A stretch of DNA of 35,438 nucleotides from Octopus sinensis (GCF_006345805.1 NW_021831736.1:1-35438), one strand, 5' to 3'; counted from the first letter of the stretch, positions 9,905-22,227 are shown. Numbers and translations are program-made. The notes: generated by a model not told the origin, from the letters alone.

Positions 9905-10990
9905 CAATAATTTTTAGTTTTTGTAGTTGTTTAGATTTTAGTTTTCTTAGTTTGTAATTTTAAATTTAGGAGTTAAATCTTAATTTTCAATTTTAATTTT
10001 GAGTCTTAATTATAATTCTTAATCCTTCATCTCAAATAATTTAATTGATATTAAGCTTGAAATACAATTTTAAATGTCTGCACTAAACTATTGCCCTTAT
10101 AACCTTACCTAGATTGGCCTTCCACCCCGCACTCTACTGAAACTTTAACGGTTCATCTCTAACCCGCATACAATACTGGCATATCTATATCATCCATTTA
10201 CTTTCATTTATTTTTTATCTTTATTCTTAGTTTCTTCCCCTGTTCCCTCAATCTTATATCATAATATTTTTATTTCCTTTCTCCTCTATCTCTCTTTCTC
10301 CTCTCTCCCATACACACTCACTCACAAAACTCATTTATGATATATCTATCATTACCTTTACTTTTATTTTATTATTTTTAATGTGATTTTTATTTATATT
10401 TTTTATTTTATATATTATACTTATTTTTTACCCTTTTACCACTATCTTATTTTTCATTCCTTTCTCCTATCTCTCTTTCTTTCTCCTCCTCTCTCTCTCT
10501 CTCTCATACACCCATCCACAAAATCCATTCATGTCCATCATACTTTCTCGCTCTATATACACATTTACAATATGAATACATCATTCAAAATACTGCCAAA
10601 ATACTGCCTGAATTTACCTGGGATTTTAACAACAGACTTGTATCTTCATGGAAATACCAACCAGCATCCATATCCTCTGAAAAAAGATGAGTTGTGAATA
10701 TTATTCTAATGCCCATATTCTTTTAACTACTTTTACTCTTTATTCTTCTATATACTCCTTCATTCCTTTATTTTAATCCTTATGAACTGTGAATTTTATT
10801 CCCTGTAAACTGTAAATTTTTCTACGTCTAAAATATTCATATCTTGTCTCTGATGACGGGAAACCTAGTACATGGACATGCTAACCTACCATTTGGGTCA
10901 TCCCAGAAACAGCTGTAAGGCTTCAAAATCACTTTACCCTAATTAAATTATTCTAAGTGACTTGAGATTCTCGTTCTGCCTTGGTTTTGA
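9905..10990 (+). mobile_element. Internally deleted Penelope-like element: T-rich leader, decayed ORF start, possible GIY-YIG C-terminal remnant, HHR-bearing 3' end
   Basis: Decayed reading MSALNYCPYNL near 10075; SFKILPKYC segment near 10580-10610 loosely like PLE endonuclease C-termini; HHR at 10846-10921; microsatellites on both flanks. The ORF assignments are weak. Confidence 0.5.
10846..10921 (+). ncRNA. Type I hammerhead ribozyme with long stem II and palindromic stem III
   Basis: GUCU | CUGAUGA | C-GGGA...(39 nt)...UCCC-A | GAAA-CAGCUG-UA | AGGC. Perfect palindrome ACAGCUGU at 10909-10916; predicted cleavage 3' of 10917. Confidence 0.8.
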
Positions 10991-11127
10991 TTTTTCCTCT
11001 AATATAATATAATATAAAATAAAATAAAGTAAAATAAAATAATATAATATGATATATAATATAATATATATAATATAATATGATAATAATAATAATAATT
11101 ATTATTATATATATATATATATATAAT

Positions 11128-11164
<37 letters not shown>

Positions 11165-11699
11165 ATGTGTGTGTGTGTGTGTGTGTATTTGCAAGCGTCC
11201 ATAGACATGACGTTTCGATAAAAGTCTATTAATAAATCAATGAAAGGCTGTTTGATAAAACACCAGTTCGGGGAAAAGGTCTGCTCTGTCTGTCTGTTTG
11301 TGTGTGTGTGTATGTGTGCGTGTATATATATATATATATATATACACACACATACACACACATATATATGTATGTACATGTGTGCCTGTGCGAGTGTACT
11401 TTTGCGTGTGTGTGTGTATGTTTGTGTGCGTGTGTGTATGCATATGTATACAAGCACACAAACACATAAATATTCATAAACACAGCCACACGCACATGAT
11501 GAAGAAAGTAATGCAGCTACGCAATATAGACTGCTGGTAACACATAAACAGACCGACATTTATACAGAGAAATTCATACGACAGTTCTCCCATCTAGGAA
11601 GCCTGATGATATTTCTGTTGTTTAATTCCTGATCAGTTTTGTACTAGGAAATCAAAACGCTTAGTTGTGACTATCATGTTTTAAGTATAGATTTTATCC

Positions 11700-11898
11700 T
11701 TTCAAGTTAGGGCACAACCTTGAAGGGTTTTAGCCGAAGAAATAGATTCAGTATTTGTTTTTAAGTCTTGTACTTATTCTATAGGTTTTTTTTGCCGAAC
11801 TGTAAAGCTACGAGGACGTAAACATACCAACAGCGCTTGTCAAGTGGTGATGGGAGACAAACACAAAGACACACACACACACACACAACACACACACA

Positions 11899-11930
<32 letters not shown>

Positions 11931-12108
11931 AACATATACATACAACGGGATTCCAAACAGTTTCCATCTAGTAAATTCACGAACAAGGCATTGGTCGGCC
12001 CGGGGCTATAATAGAAGACATTTTCCAAAGGTGCAACTTAATGACACTGAACCCGAAACAACGTAGTTTCAGAGTAAGCTTTTGAACCACACGGCCATGT
12101 TTGCGCCT
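11700..12108 (-). mobile_element. Diverged SINE family A copy
   Basis: Head AGGCGCAAACATGGCCGTGTGG, internal (CA)n and family A body with many substitutions. Confidence 0.75.
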
Positions 12109-13221
12109 GTTTACAGAACTACATTGTCAACTGCGTTCATTTTTTTAAAAGACAGCAGAATGTAATATGAGTGGAATCTGCCTGCTGTTTCTGTCAAGTC
12201 GAGCAAGCGTGTATAAGTTCTGTCGTTGTTTTCTGTATATATCACAATGTAACAGTATCAGTTACTATGAAATCAAGTTGTTATAACATGTTTGATTTTA
12301 TCTGGCTCTCTAATGGCAGTCTCTCTCTTTTGATGGCCGCCATTTTGCCTTTCATGTTTCCCGTTTAAATGGAATGGACAGATGTTCAGTCATGCCAAAC
12401 TATTTGACTGATTCAAAAAGAGCACATACAAAACCTAATGTTATTTTATGTTGTCGTGTTTTTATTTTTGTCTTATTTTATCATATATATATATTTTTTA
12501 TTTTTGTTTTGTCTCTACGAATAAAATATTCTGTTTTCTCTTCTTCTGCTTCTACACCACACACTGTTTGAATTACATTGTCACACACCATCGGCCTGTG
12601 GTTTTATGATGTCACTACCCTTCCGCTGCTATTCACATTACAACCTCGATCGCCTACACCGCCATTAACATCCCTACTAATACAATTCTACATTCAATGC
12701 CCAAGATACTATTTCAATAGAGAGGAGCGAGACGGGTGACTCAAGACAGTTGTTACTGTATAAACCCCAATGAGATCTTGATCTAGCAGACCTAAGGCAC
12801 ATAATATTCGATGGTATGGCTGGGTGCGATCCAATAAATCTATATTATATATCTACTTAGTTTAAAACCATACTACACACATCGACAGACAGTGATTTAT
12901 TGTTTGAGCGGATTGTCTGTGTTACATTTTTTTCTACATTCTAATCTATTTCTGTATACTAGAGTTGTCGCATCCCTGCAGTAAAATGTAAGATTTGATA
13001 CCAAACCTTCCTGTTTTTATCTCGACTTTACTTTTTATTCACTTGAACAGTTAGTAAAAGTAGAGTGAGTAACACACTGGACTTGACAATGCTGTTCTCG
13101 TCGTAATTTTCACTTTGTGCCTAGTCAAAAGAAATTAAAAGAAAGAGAGTTAATCTGATAAATGGAGACTGTGAATAAATCTCAACATGAAGTGACTCAA
13201 ACTTACTTCACTTTCGATAGA

Positions 13222-13602
13222 GGCGCAATGGCCCAGTTGTTAGGGCAGCGGACTCGCGGTCATAGGATCGCGGTTTCGATTCTCAGACCTGGCGTTGTGA
13301 GTGTTTATTGAGCGAAAACACCTAAAGCTCCACGAGGCTCCGGCAGGGGATGGTGGTGATCCCTGCTGTACTCTTTCACCACAACTTTCTCTCACTCTTA
13401 CTTCCTGTTTCTGTTGTACCTGTATTTCAAAGGGCCGGCCTTGTCACTCTCTGTGTCACGCTGAATATCCCCGAGAACTACGTTAAGGGTACACGTGTCT
13501 GTGGAGTGCTCAGCCACTTACACGTTAATTTCACAAGCAGGCTGTTCCGTTGATCGGATCGACCGGAACCCTCATCGTCGTAACCGACGGAGTGCTTCCA
13601 CA
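13222..13602 (+). mobile_element. Full-length tRNA-derived SINE (family C) with a 13-bp target-site duplication
   Basis: A box TGGCCCAGTTGTTAGG, B box GGTTTCGATTC; CACTTTCGATAGA at both 13209-13221 and 13603-13615. Confidence 0.9.
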
Positions 13603-14094
13603 CACTTTCGATAGAAAATGGTCCTCATATTGTAGGAAAACAGATTCTTTTTGCATTGCTTGTCATATATAACTCCACTTGGGTAGGATCACTAAATGTG
13701 AGAAGGCACAAATCAAAAACTACTCTACGGAGGTCAGTTGGCTGAGACAAAACATTCTACTGTTTCTCGAGGTCTTGTTTGAACGTTTCCATCCTACCGA
13801 GGTTGATAAAATAAGTTCCAATAAATTATTCTATCGATTAAATCAACTAGACTGTCCTCTGACAATTATGACCTTGTGTCAATGCTAGAAATCATGATTG
13901 AAGTGGCGTGGGCCATTTGGAGTAAAGTGTTTTGGCTATGGACAAAAAGCGACCTGCTGGCCTCTTGGTGGGTTCCACGCTACTCTATCTGCTAACTTGC
14001 GTGACAATTTTTAGAAGCACTATACGAAAACAATTAAGTAATTATACAGGTAGTCATTTATGAAGAAAATTCGTAAAAACATATCCAACACGAA

Positions 14095-14095
14095 C

Positions 14096-14170
<75 letters not shown>

Positions 14171-14348
14171 TTTCTATAAAAAAAAAAGATGAACGAACTA
14201 GTGAGTTTAGTTTAATGGCCTACCAATGTATACAATGAGTTTCTTTGCCCTAGGCGTCGGGAAGACACTCGGCAAGAAATGGAAGCAATTTGAAAGAAGA
14301 AAAAAAACCCATACATAATAATAATATAATAATAATAATATAATAATA

Positions 14349-14413
<65 letters not shown>

Positions 14414-14459
14414 TAATAATGTGTAAAATAGCTATATACAATATATGTGTAGCTATTCT

Positions 14460-14505
<46 letters not shown>

Positions 14506-14510
14506 ATATA
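14095..14510. repeat. (AAT)n and (TA)n microsatellites around a short unique insert
   Basis: AAT runs at 14095-14170 and 14315-14420; TA run at 14461-14510. Confidence 0.95.
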
Positions 14511-15336
14511 TATACTTTGCTCTATTTTCACGTGTCATTTCTATATTATGTTTTCGCTCTGAAATTTACGCTTTCGTTTTCGTTTTGCTCTTTGCTAAAT
14601 TTGATATTTTCCAAATGTAAAAAATATTGTGATTAAATATGTATTAGTTATCTAACATATCTATTATCTTATAATTGTAAAATATAAAATATGCAAAACA
14701 AATATTTGAAATAAAAAGGATATTTTCAAGTACGAGAAAAATTTAAAAAATTTTTTAAAAGCTTTTTAAAATTCTCTTTTACAATTGTTTCATTTTTAGA
14801 AGTGCTTTCATCGGTGGGTTTCTTTAAGAACTTTTCTAATGTTGCTTTGAATCTTAGACTTCTATTCTACAGGGATCAGTTGTATTTCTGAGCATCTGCA
14901 AAGAGAGACTTGGTTTCTGTACAAGATTAAAAAGAAAGCATTGATGTACAATTGGACATTGATGCACGATTGAATTTATACCTTTACAATTCTTCGATTC
15001 CGTCACCATCTTCATTGGAACAAATTACTGTATTTTGATTTTTGTTTGATTAACACAGTCAATGATCTTTTGATCTGAAAAGGGTTTGAGTTAATTCAAT
15101 ATCATTGTCGACTGTAGTCCAATTACAGGTGCCATTATCCTCCAGACTATGAAAATAGATTTTCAGAAGAGATTATTTCTACGGTCTGCATTTCTCTTGT
15201 GATCTGACTTAACATCAAAACCTTAAACACTTTATTCCTTTTCATCATCAGAAATTAAATAGTTATTATAATGTGGATCCTCGTCCAATTGTACGTTATT
15301 GTCGGCACTGTAATATTCTTGTCGCCACTATTATGT

Positions 15337-15598
15337 TGTGGCGGTATTCCGTGTCTTGTTATCTTTGACTCGTCTATCGTGCTTTTGCTAATAGCTCCGC
15401 AAGACAAATGACTTTGGAACGTCTACCTTGACGGTAACTCGAACTCGTATATAACACGTAATTGACACTGACTCCAACTGAGAACTCATACAACGACTCT
15501 ACTACTACTGACCTACAACAACGACTGACTGTCTGACTTTATAGTGGCTGGTTCATGCCACTTTGTCACGTGTGATGGTAAGTACCATTTTCACTACA
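15337..15598 (-). mobile_element. LTR (262 bp) of a Ty3/Gypsy element
   Basis: - strand starts TGTAGTG directly after the polypurine tract AAAAGGGGATA and ends CGCCACA, giving TG...CA termini with imperfect inverted ends. Confidence 0.7.
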
Positions 15599-15699
15599 TA
15601 TCCCCTTTTAGTCTGTTTTCATTGGGAAGCAAGTAATTTTATTTTACTTTATTCACCCCTCTTCTATTTTTAACGTTTATTTTTCCAACTTAATATTTT

Positions 15700-16492
15700 T
15701 TTCCTTTTGGCGTCTATTTGTAGGAACTCTGTGTTCTTCCTTTTTCTTCCACTTATACGCGTGGGTTCAACTGCCTGTAACGGTGTTGGCACCTGAATGT
15801 GTCATACAGCTATTCCATAGGTTCTTCCAGTCTGTTTGGTTCATTTTCTATGAATCTCTTCTTCAATTGGTTTCTGTGTCTTTTTTCAATATTTTTTCTA
15901 CTTTTAATTCGTATATCATTTTCCTTTTGTACTTCATAATTTTGACTTCTTTCATTACTGTATTTCGTTTTAATACGACATCATGTACACCTTATCACCA
16001 ATTTTGAGAAAAATTGGGTTGTCTTTCCTGGTTCTTTTTCTCTCCTCGCCAGGTAACAGTTTATCAAAAACTGATTTCACCTTCCAGTTCTGCTGGTGAG
16101 CTTCCAGCTGGTGTATTGGGGTTCGATGTCACCCTGTATACCCATAGGAGTTGTTGCACAGCGACTTCGTCTGTGACTTCCTTTTTTGCTTTTCTCAAAG
16201 CTCTGTTAAAAACGTCCACAAAATGATCTGCCTGTCCATTTGATCTGGGATGGTAAGGCGCTATCGTTTTATGTTGTACCGTGAACATTTCGCAGAACTT
16301 TCTAAATTCACTGGACATAAATTGTGTTCCATTATCAGATACAATCACGTCTGTGATGCCAAATCTTGCGAATAATTCGTGCAAAAAATTTATTGCCGCT
16401 TCGGAGGTTGGTCCTTTGCACTTAACAATTTCCGGTCACTTTGTAAAACTGTCAACTATTACTAAATAGTAATAACCATTTAACGGATCCAC
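15700..16492 (-). pseudogene. Decayed Ty3/Gypsy integrase (rve core and C-terminus)
   Basis: PLNGYYYLVIVDSFTK*PEI...ELFARFGITDVIVSDNGTQFMSSEFRKFC...APYHPRSNGQAD: D,D(35)E-type integrase motifs with stops and frameshifts. Confidence 0.92.
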
Positions 16493-17094
16493 AATAGTAT
16501 TTTAAGAGCCCCTAAAGAGATTTTCCTTTAGATGTATGTATTATATATTGCAAGAAACAGCTAGGTTTCTTCCTCAGATATTTTACCTAGTTCAACCTAT
16601 ACAAGTTAATGTGTCAAAAAATAAAATACGAATTTTGAGAGAAGCATCTCTAAAACTAATTTCTTTTTAACAATAAAATTGCAATCAAAGGGGTCCATAG
16701 ATGAAAAATAGTCGAGAACCCCTGATTTACATGATTTACTGCAAAACTTTATAAGACTTTCGCCAGCAGTCGGCAAATTTTCATCACGCGATCTGATTAG
16801 TCCAATGTGAACCAATTTCGCCACTGACCAAAAACGATCCTCCTTTCAAGCTAAATACAATCAATTACATGTGGACATCTGATCAATTAAGCACCTATTT
16901 TCTATGTTTCTCCTCTTTTTCCACCTACTCACATCCCACTGCACATATGCTTATCTATCTGATAGTATATATATATACACATACATACATACTGAGTGCG
17001 ATGTGTAAATTGTCGCCATTTTATATTTTTAATTTTGCACATGCTCATTGTTTGTTTTTGATTTTGTTGACTTCACAGTATAATAAGTCAGTTG

Positions 17095-17790
17095 GGCACC
17101 GTCTGTGAGAAAAACAGCACCACGACGCAATTCACTCTGCCAGAAATTTGGAAACGACATGCTGTACTGCTTGGCATTCGCGCCGGAAGCTCCAGTACGA
17201 ACATTTCAGAGGATGTGGGTGTCAATCTGAGGACATGTACTGAGTATGATAAGAATCAAACATCACGTCAACATCATGGTGTTTGGAGTAATCACTAGTG
17301 ATGGCGGCGCTATGCCTCCATTAATCTTCCTACACGGCCTCAGACTCACCACAGAGGCCTACATCAAGTGCTTGCAGGAGGTAGTGCTGCTCTGGGTCAA
17401 GGGTCAACAGGGTGGCTGCTGGAAGACCCTATGTCTGGCAGCAGGGCCCTACACCATGCCATACAAGCAGGAGAACCTAGTCATGGCTGTCAGACAATTT
17501 CTGTGACCATATCATGTCTAATATCTGGGCACCTAACTCCCTAGACTGCAACTCATTTGATTATTATGTATATGGGGCGCAGAGACCATCCAGAAGAGTT
17601 GCGGGAGATTCCGAAGTCATCAGGAGGCCGTGGTTGAAGCCAATGCAATGGCGATTTTACTGAAAAAATTTACGCTTTAATATTTCAAGATATTTTAATG
17701 TAATTTTGGTAAATAAATCTGTTAAAATGAGATGTCAGTGTTATTTTCATTTTTGCATAATTTTGACGGCAGTTTATTCACCGCACCCTG
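17095..17790 (+). mobile_element. Deleted Tc1/mariner-superfamily (maT/DD37D-like) transposase relic
   Basis: IMVFGVITSDGGAMPPLIF...YIKCLQEVV...; later IWAPNSLDCNSFDYYV (decayed WPPNSPDxNPxDY); right end CACCCTG followed by TA. Confidence 0.8.
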
Positions 17791-18289
17791 TATGTGAGTG
17801 TGTTTGTGTGTATGTGTGTATATACGTATGACTGACTTTTTCAATTTTCGATTATTTTCGTCATTGTTACGGGGTCTTTGTTCACTTGCCCGCTTTCATC
17901 TTTGTGTTTAAAGTGAAACTGCCGTCCTATTGTCACCAGACAATCAGACTGATTTTTGCTTTTTTAAATCCCTAATGGCATGTCAGTTTTAGAGAATTCT
18001 AGATTATTAAGATTATCTCACCTGGTCATTTGGATTTGGTTGCCGTTACCACGAGGCATTTGTGTAATTTTCTCTCAAAAGGAAAATAATTTCAATAACT
18101 CATTTATTTTGTTTTGTATTCGTTTGATATATCTTTATTCATTAATATACGCACGCGCAACAGGCTTAGATTACAATCCTGATGTGTATGATATTTACAA
18201 TGTAAAAAATGTGTGCTTTTAAAAGTTTCTTTTGAAAACTTTCAATGTATGTATGCTTCTATGTACGTTTCAATGTGTATATTTGTGTT

Positions 18290-18500
18290 TGTGTTTTGTT
18301 TGTTTCCCACCACAATTTAATAACTGGTGTTGGTTTGTTTACGTTCCCGTAACTAGCTGTTCAGTAAAAGAGACTGAAAGGATAAGTACTGGGTTTTAAA
18401 AAATTTGAGTGCAGCAGTTGATTTGATCGACCAAGTCCTTCAAAGCGGTGCCCCAGCATGGCCACAATGAAATGGCTGAAACCAGTAAAAGATAAAGAAA
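18290..18500 (+). mobile_element. Diverged SINE family A, 3' half
   Basis: GTTTACGTTCCCGTAAC...GATAAGTACTG...GCGGTGCCCCAGCATGGCCAC...TGAAACCAGTAAAAGA. Confidence 0.7.
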
Positions 18501-18544
18501 AGATGTGTATATGCATGTGTAAGTTTGTGTGTCGGTAGTTAGGT

Positions 18545-18660
18545 ATGTGTGTGAGTGTGTGTGTGCGTGTGTGTGTGTGTGTGTGCGTGTGCGTGTGTGT
18601 GTGTGTTGTGTGTGTGTGCGTGTGCGTGTGTGTGTGTGTGTGGTGTGCGTGTGTGTGTGT

Positions 18661-18693
<33 letters not shown>

Positions 18694-18722
18694 CGTGTGC
18701 GTGTGTGTGTGTGTGTGTGCGT

Positions 18723-18784
<62 letters not shown>

Positions 18785-18835
18785 CGTGTGCGTGTGTGTG
18801 TGTGTGTCGTGTGCGTGTGCGTGTGTGTGTGTGGT

Positions 18836-18905
<70 letters not shown>

Positions 18906-18908
18906 CGT

Positions 18909-18971
<63 letters not shown>

Positions 18972-18988
18972 GTGTGCGTGTGTGTGTC
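18545..18988. repeat. (GT)n with interspersed GC, ~440 bp of alternating purine-pyrimidine
   Basis: Direct reading; Z-DNA-prone composition. Confidence 0.95.
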
Positions 18989-19105
18989 ATCGTAAAGTCA
19001 CTTGTACTGGAAGCTTTTCGTCTAATTGGAATGTAAGTGCCAGAAGTGTGACCGCAGCGTTGGGTTACATGTCATTGTTAAGCGGCAAACACACACGCAC
19101 ATACG

Positions 19106-19136
<31 letters not shown>

Positions 19137-20004
19137 GCACACACACAAAGTGACGAATGAAATATAATTTAAGAAACTAGAACGGGACATAAGCAGAAAT
19201 GTGTTAATGACAAAATAGAGCATCATCAGGTCGTTGACTTTTATACACGATTTAAGTACTCGAATGACAAGCGTTTATATTTCACTTCGTGTTTTGAACC
19301 AAACAATAAAATAACAAAATAGGGATGGGGAATTATGCATCACCAAAACTGTGAAAACTGGGTGAAAATATTGCATGAATGTGTTCTTATTGAAAGGTTT
19401 AGTCATACTTAAAAATTTTTTAATGGAAATGGATTTGTAGATCTTATTTGTTTCCTTGAATGTTTGTTGAGAAGGTTTAAGATACGTCGTGTTGTAAAAA
19501 AAAATTGGCTATTACCTGCGTGAAAGACTATCAGCCGACTTAAAAGCGTTGCAACATAGAGTGGGAGCTTTGATGAAACTTGTCAGAGAAGTCCTCTTGT
19601 AGCTGATACACATTGTATATTATTAAATATATACAATGTCTTTACTGGAAACGTTTTTGTGGTTTCAAGCACAATTATAAACTATTAATAGTTCCCAGAT
19701 GCTCAAATACACCTGATCAACACGGGATAAAAACAATTTAGTTATTGGTAAGTTCCATCGCCCAAAGCATTGACGGGGATAATGAAACTCGTGTTTTATA
19801 AGATACCAATGACTTCATGGCTGGATCACGAACATTTTTTAAAATTGATTTACAAAGGAATATGTGCCTACATCTCGACTTAATTTACGTTGTATGCTTA
19901 AGTCTTTAGATACAAAATATATCTTACTCCTTGGAATCTGTATGGCTCATCCCTATAAATCTGAATTTCAGATCGTGAAAATATTTAATCGTGTTGTTTA
20001 ACAC

Positions 20005-20290
20005 CCCATGTCACTTCTCTCACATCACTAATAAACTAAGGAATTATCCATAATGTTTTGATGTGGCTTTAGAAATAATTTCATGAAATGATTTATCAAC
20101 AGCGAAGTTTCTATCCCTAACGAGGGTAGTGCCTACTTTTGCCAACCTTGCCATGGCATTCTTGGAAGTCCAAATATACAAACACGCTAGATTGAAATTT
20201 GGAGACAACTTCCAAAAATACTTATTCACCAACTGGAAATGCTACCTGGATGGCTGTTTCATCCTGTGGCCACATAACCCTGAACAACTC
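20005..20290 (+). pseudogene. Decayed Penelope-like reverse transcriptase fragment
   Basis: VTSL near 20010 (motif A, DVTSLYTNI-like), PTFANLAMAFLE (motif B, APxxANLxM) and WKCYLDGCFILW (motif C, RYxDDxFxxW). Confidence 0.8.
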
Positions 20291-20839
20291 TCAAAATCGA
20301 CGAAGGCAAGTATTAAGGGCCGTTAGGCCAAGACGAATTGTAATGGGTAACGCCTGGAAGAAATTTTTTTCCAGGAAATAGAATAATAAGAAGAGAAGAA
20401 AATAGTAGAAGAAAATAGTAGAATAATTAGAAGAGTAGAAAATAGTAGAAAAAAATGTCGGGAGCCGAGATGTTGATTGTTTACTCTGTACGTCCACTCT
20501 GTCGTTGTTTGTTTGTTTAAAGCCTTAACTCTCCATGAATTTTATATTTAAAAAATTTCTTGATGCTGCTGTCTTATGAAGTTTCCCTATCTTGTCGCTA
20601 AAAGCACGAAATAGGTAATAATAAACAGTTCGACAACTGTACACAATGTGTATATTTTATTTATTCATAATCAAACGCAACGCAGCCTTGACCACAGCAA
20701 GTTCTTATATATATAAGTAGTTAAACTACATCAGCCGTAAGGGAATACATATCTATCTTATCTAACTCGTCCAGTGGAGCCCACTGTTGTTTGATGTAGT
20801 TTAACTCTTTTTTTTTCAAGGCTTGAGCACCAATTGAAA

Positions 20840-20932
20840 AATTCAAATTTGATTGCAAAGAATTCAAATTTGATTGCAAAGAATTCAAATTTGATGGCAA
20901 AGAATTCAAATTTGGTGGCAAAGAATCCAAAC
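20840..20932. repeat. 21-bp minisatellite, ~4.4 copies
   Basis: Unit AATTCAAATTTGATTGCAAAG with progressive 3' divergence. Confidence 0.95.
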
Positions 20933-20953
20933 TAGATCGAAAACATCTATCTA

Positions 20954-20998
<45 letters not shown>

Positions 20999-21476
20999 GA
21001 AATGTATTGTTGAAAATGCACCTAAATTTCAAAAACTCGTAAATGTTTAAAATACATTTATTTACATATACACCAAACTAGTTTCAAAATATTTTTTGTT
21101 TATCAATGGTAAAAGTTTAATATTAGAAAAACATCTTTAAAAGTTTCAATGTTGACAAATTAAAATGTTTCAATGTTGACTAAAATGTTTCAATGTTGAT
21201 AAATTAACATGTTTAAAAACAGAAGGTATAAGTCTGAATGTTCATAGCAGTCAATAAAATTAAAACTGAATATCATTTTGTTTGAATGTACAAAGTTCAT
21301 TAATTTTAGTGGTGGTCGACAAGTCATACTGAAAAAAACAAGTGTGAAATGAAAATAGTAAAAAAAAAAATAGGGAATTTGGTTTACAGTTTCTCTGATC
21401 ATCTTCTAATAGACGCTTTCGCTTGTAGTGGTATGTTTTGGGATCAGATGAATATATATATATATATATATATATT

Positions 21477-22130
21477 TCCACGAGCGGATCTGATTTTTGA
21501 TTCGTTAAAATACTGGTGACGTTTCTTTTTCCGTGGTCAAGCTTGTCGTTCTGCTTGGTTGGTTCTCTTGAAGAGTCATTTCATTGTATTCGCTAAAGTT
21601 CGGTTTTGATTGGTTTGGAGTTAGGTGACGTCAGCAACTAATGTTTGTAGAATTTCATTAGACTGGAGGTGGGTGACGTCGGCAACTGGTGTTTGTATGG
21701 TGATTTGGAGTTGCGGTTTCGGAACCCAGGTGGAAGATTGTTACTAAAGTTTAAAAAATGTTTTGTTGTTTTTTCCTGGTTGCTTTTTTTTTGTGTTGAA
21801 ATTGAGTCTTTTTTCTTTTCTTTTTACAGCTTTTTCTTCTTTTTAAAGGATATTCAGCTGTGGCTTATATTTTTAATCAGTATGTTTTCCTTATTTAAAC
21901 GGAATTGGGTTGAAGTGTTTCCAGTGCATTGATAGAGAGCTAAGATTTGGTATTTAGGGTTTATGTCTACGTGGCATCGGTCTAGGTGCTTGCTTACGGG
22001 AATTTTCCTAGTGGTGGGGTCTCGGATTTGTTGCCTGTGCACCGTAAGTCTATCCCTCAAAGTTAAGCTGGTTTGACCAAGGTAGTCACCAGCACAATCT
22101 CCACAGTTTTTTTTCAAGAGAGTCATACCA
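21477..22130 (-). mobile_element. Penelope-like element 3' fragment: GIY-YIG endonuclease plus pLTR/UTR, bounded by (TA)n
   Basis: ORF 21854-22126 [27 protein letters not shown]... fits the C-x2-C...Y(I/L)GQT...L..R...H pattern of PLE GIY-YIG domains. Confidence 0.85.
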
Positions 22131-22227
22131 TATACATATACTTATAATACATATATATTCATGATATATTTATATATACATATGTATATACATTCATATA
22201 TAATACGTACATATATAAAGTATAAAG

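Noticed and set aside
11200-11230. - strand GAAACGUC with ATAGAC/GTCTAT flanks
   Set aside because: No CUGANGA-like core or stem II; at most a deleted relic.
13222-13295. tRNA gene
   Set aside because: The head continues into a 300-bp body with a TSD, so it is a SINE.
16606-16824. 72-aa - strand ORF
   Set aside because: Overlaps a probable MITE end (CAGGGGTTCTC) and has no recognisable domain.
19005-19065. - strand GAC-GAAA-AGCU-UC half motif
   Set aside because: No recognisable core upstream.
20840-20932. CRISPR-like array
   Set aside because: Contiguous 21-bp units without spacers, in a eukaryotic context.
21510-21545. - strand UUGACCA...GAAACGUC in the GIY-YIG element UTR
   Set aside because: The 3-8 pair is mismatched and stems I and II do not form.
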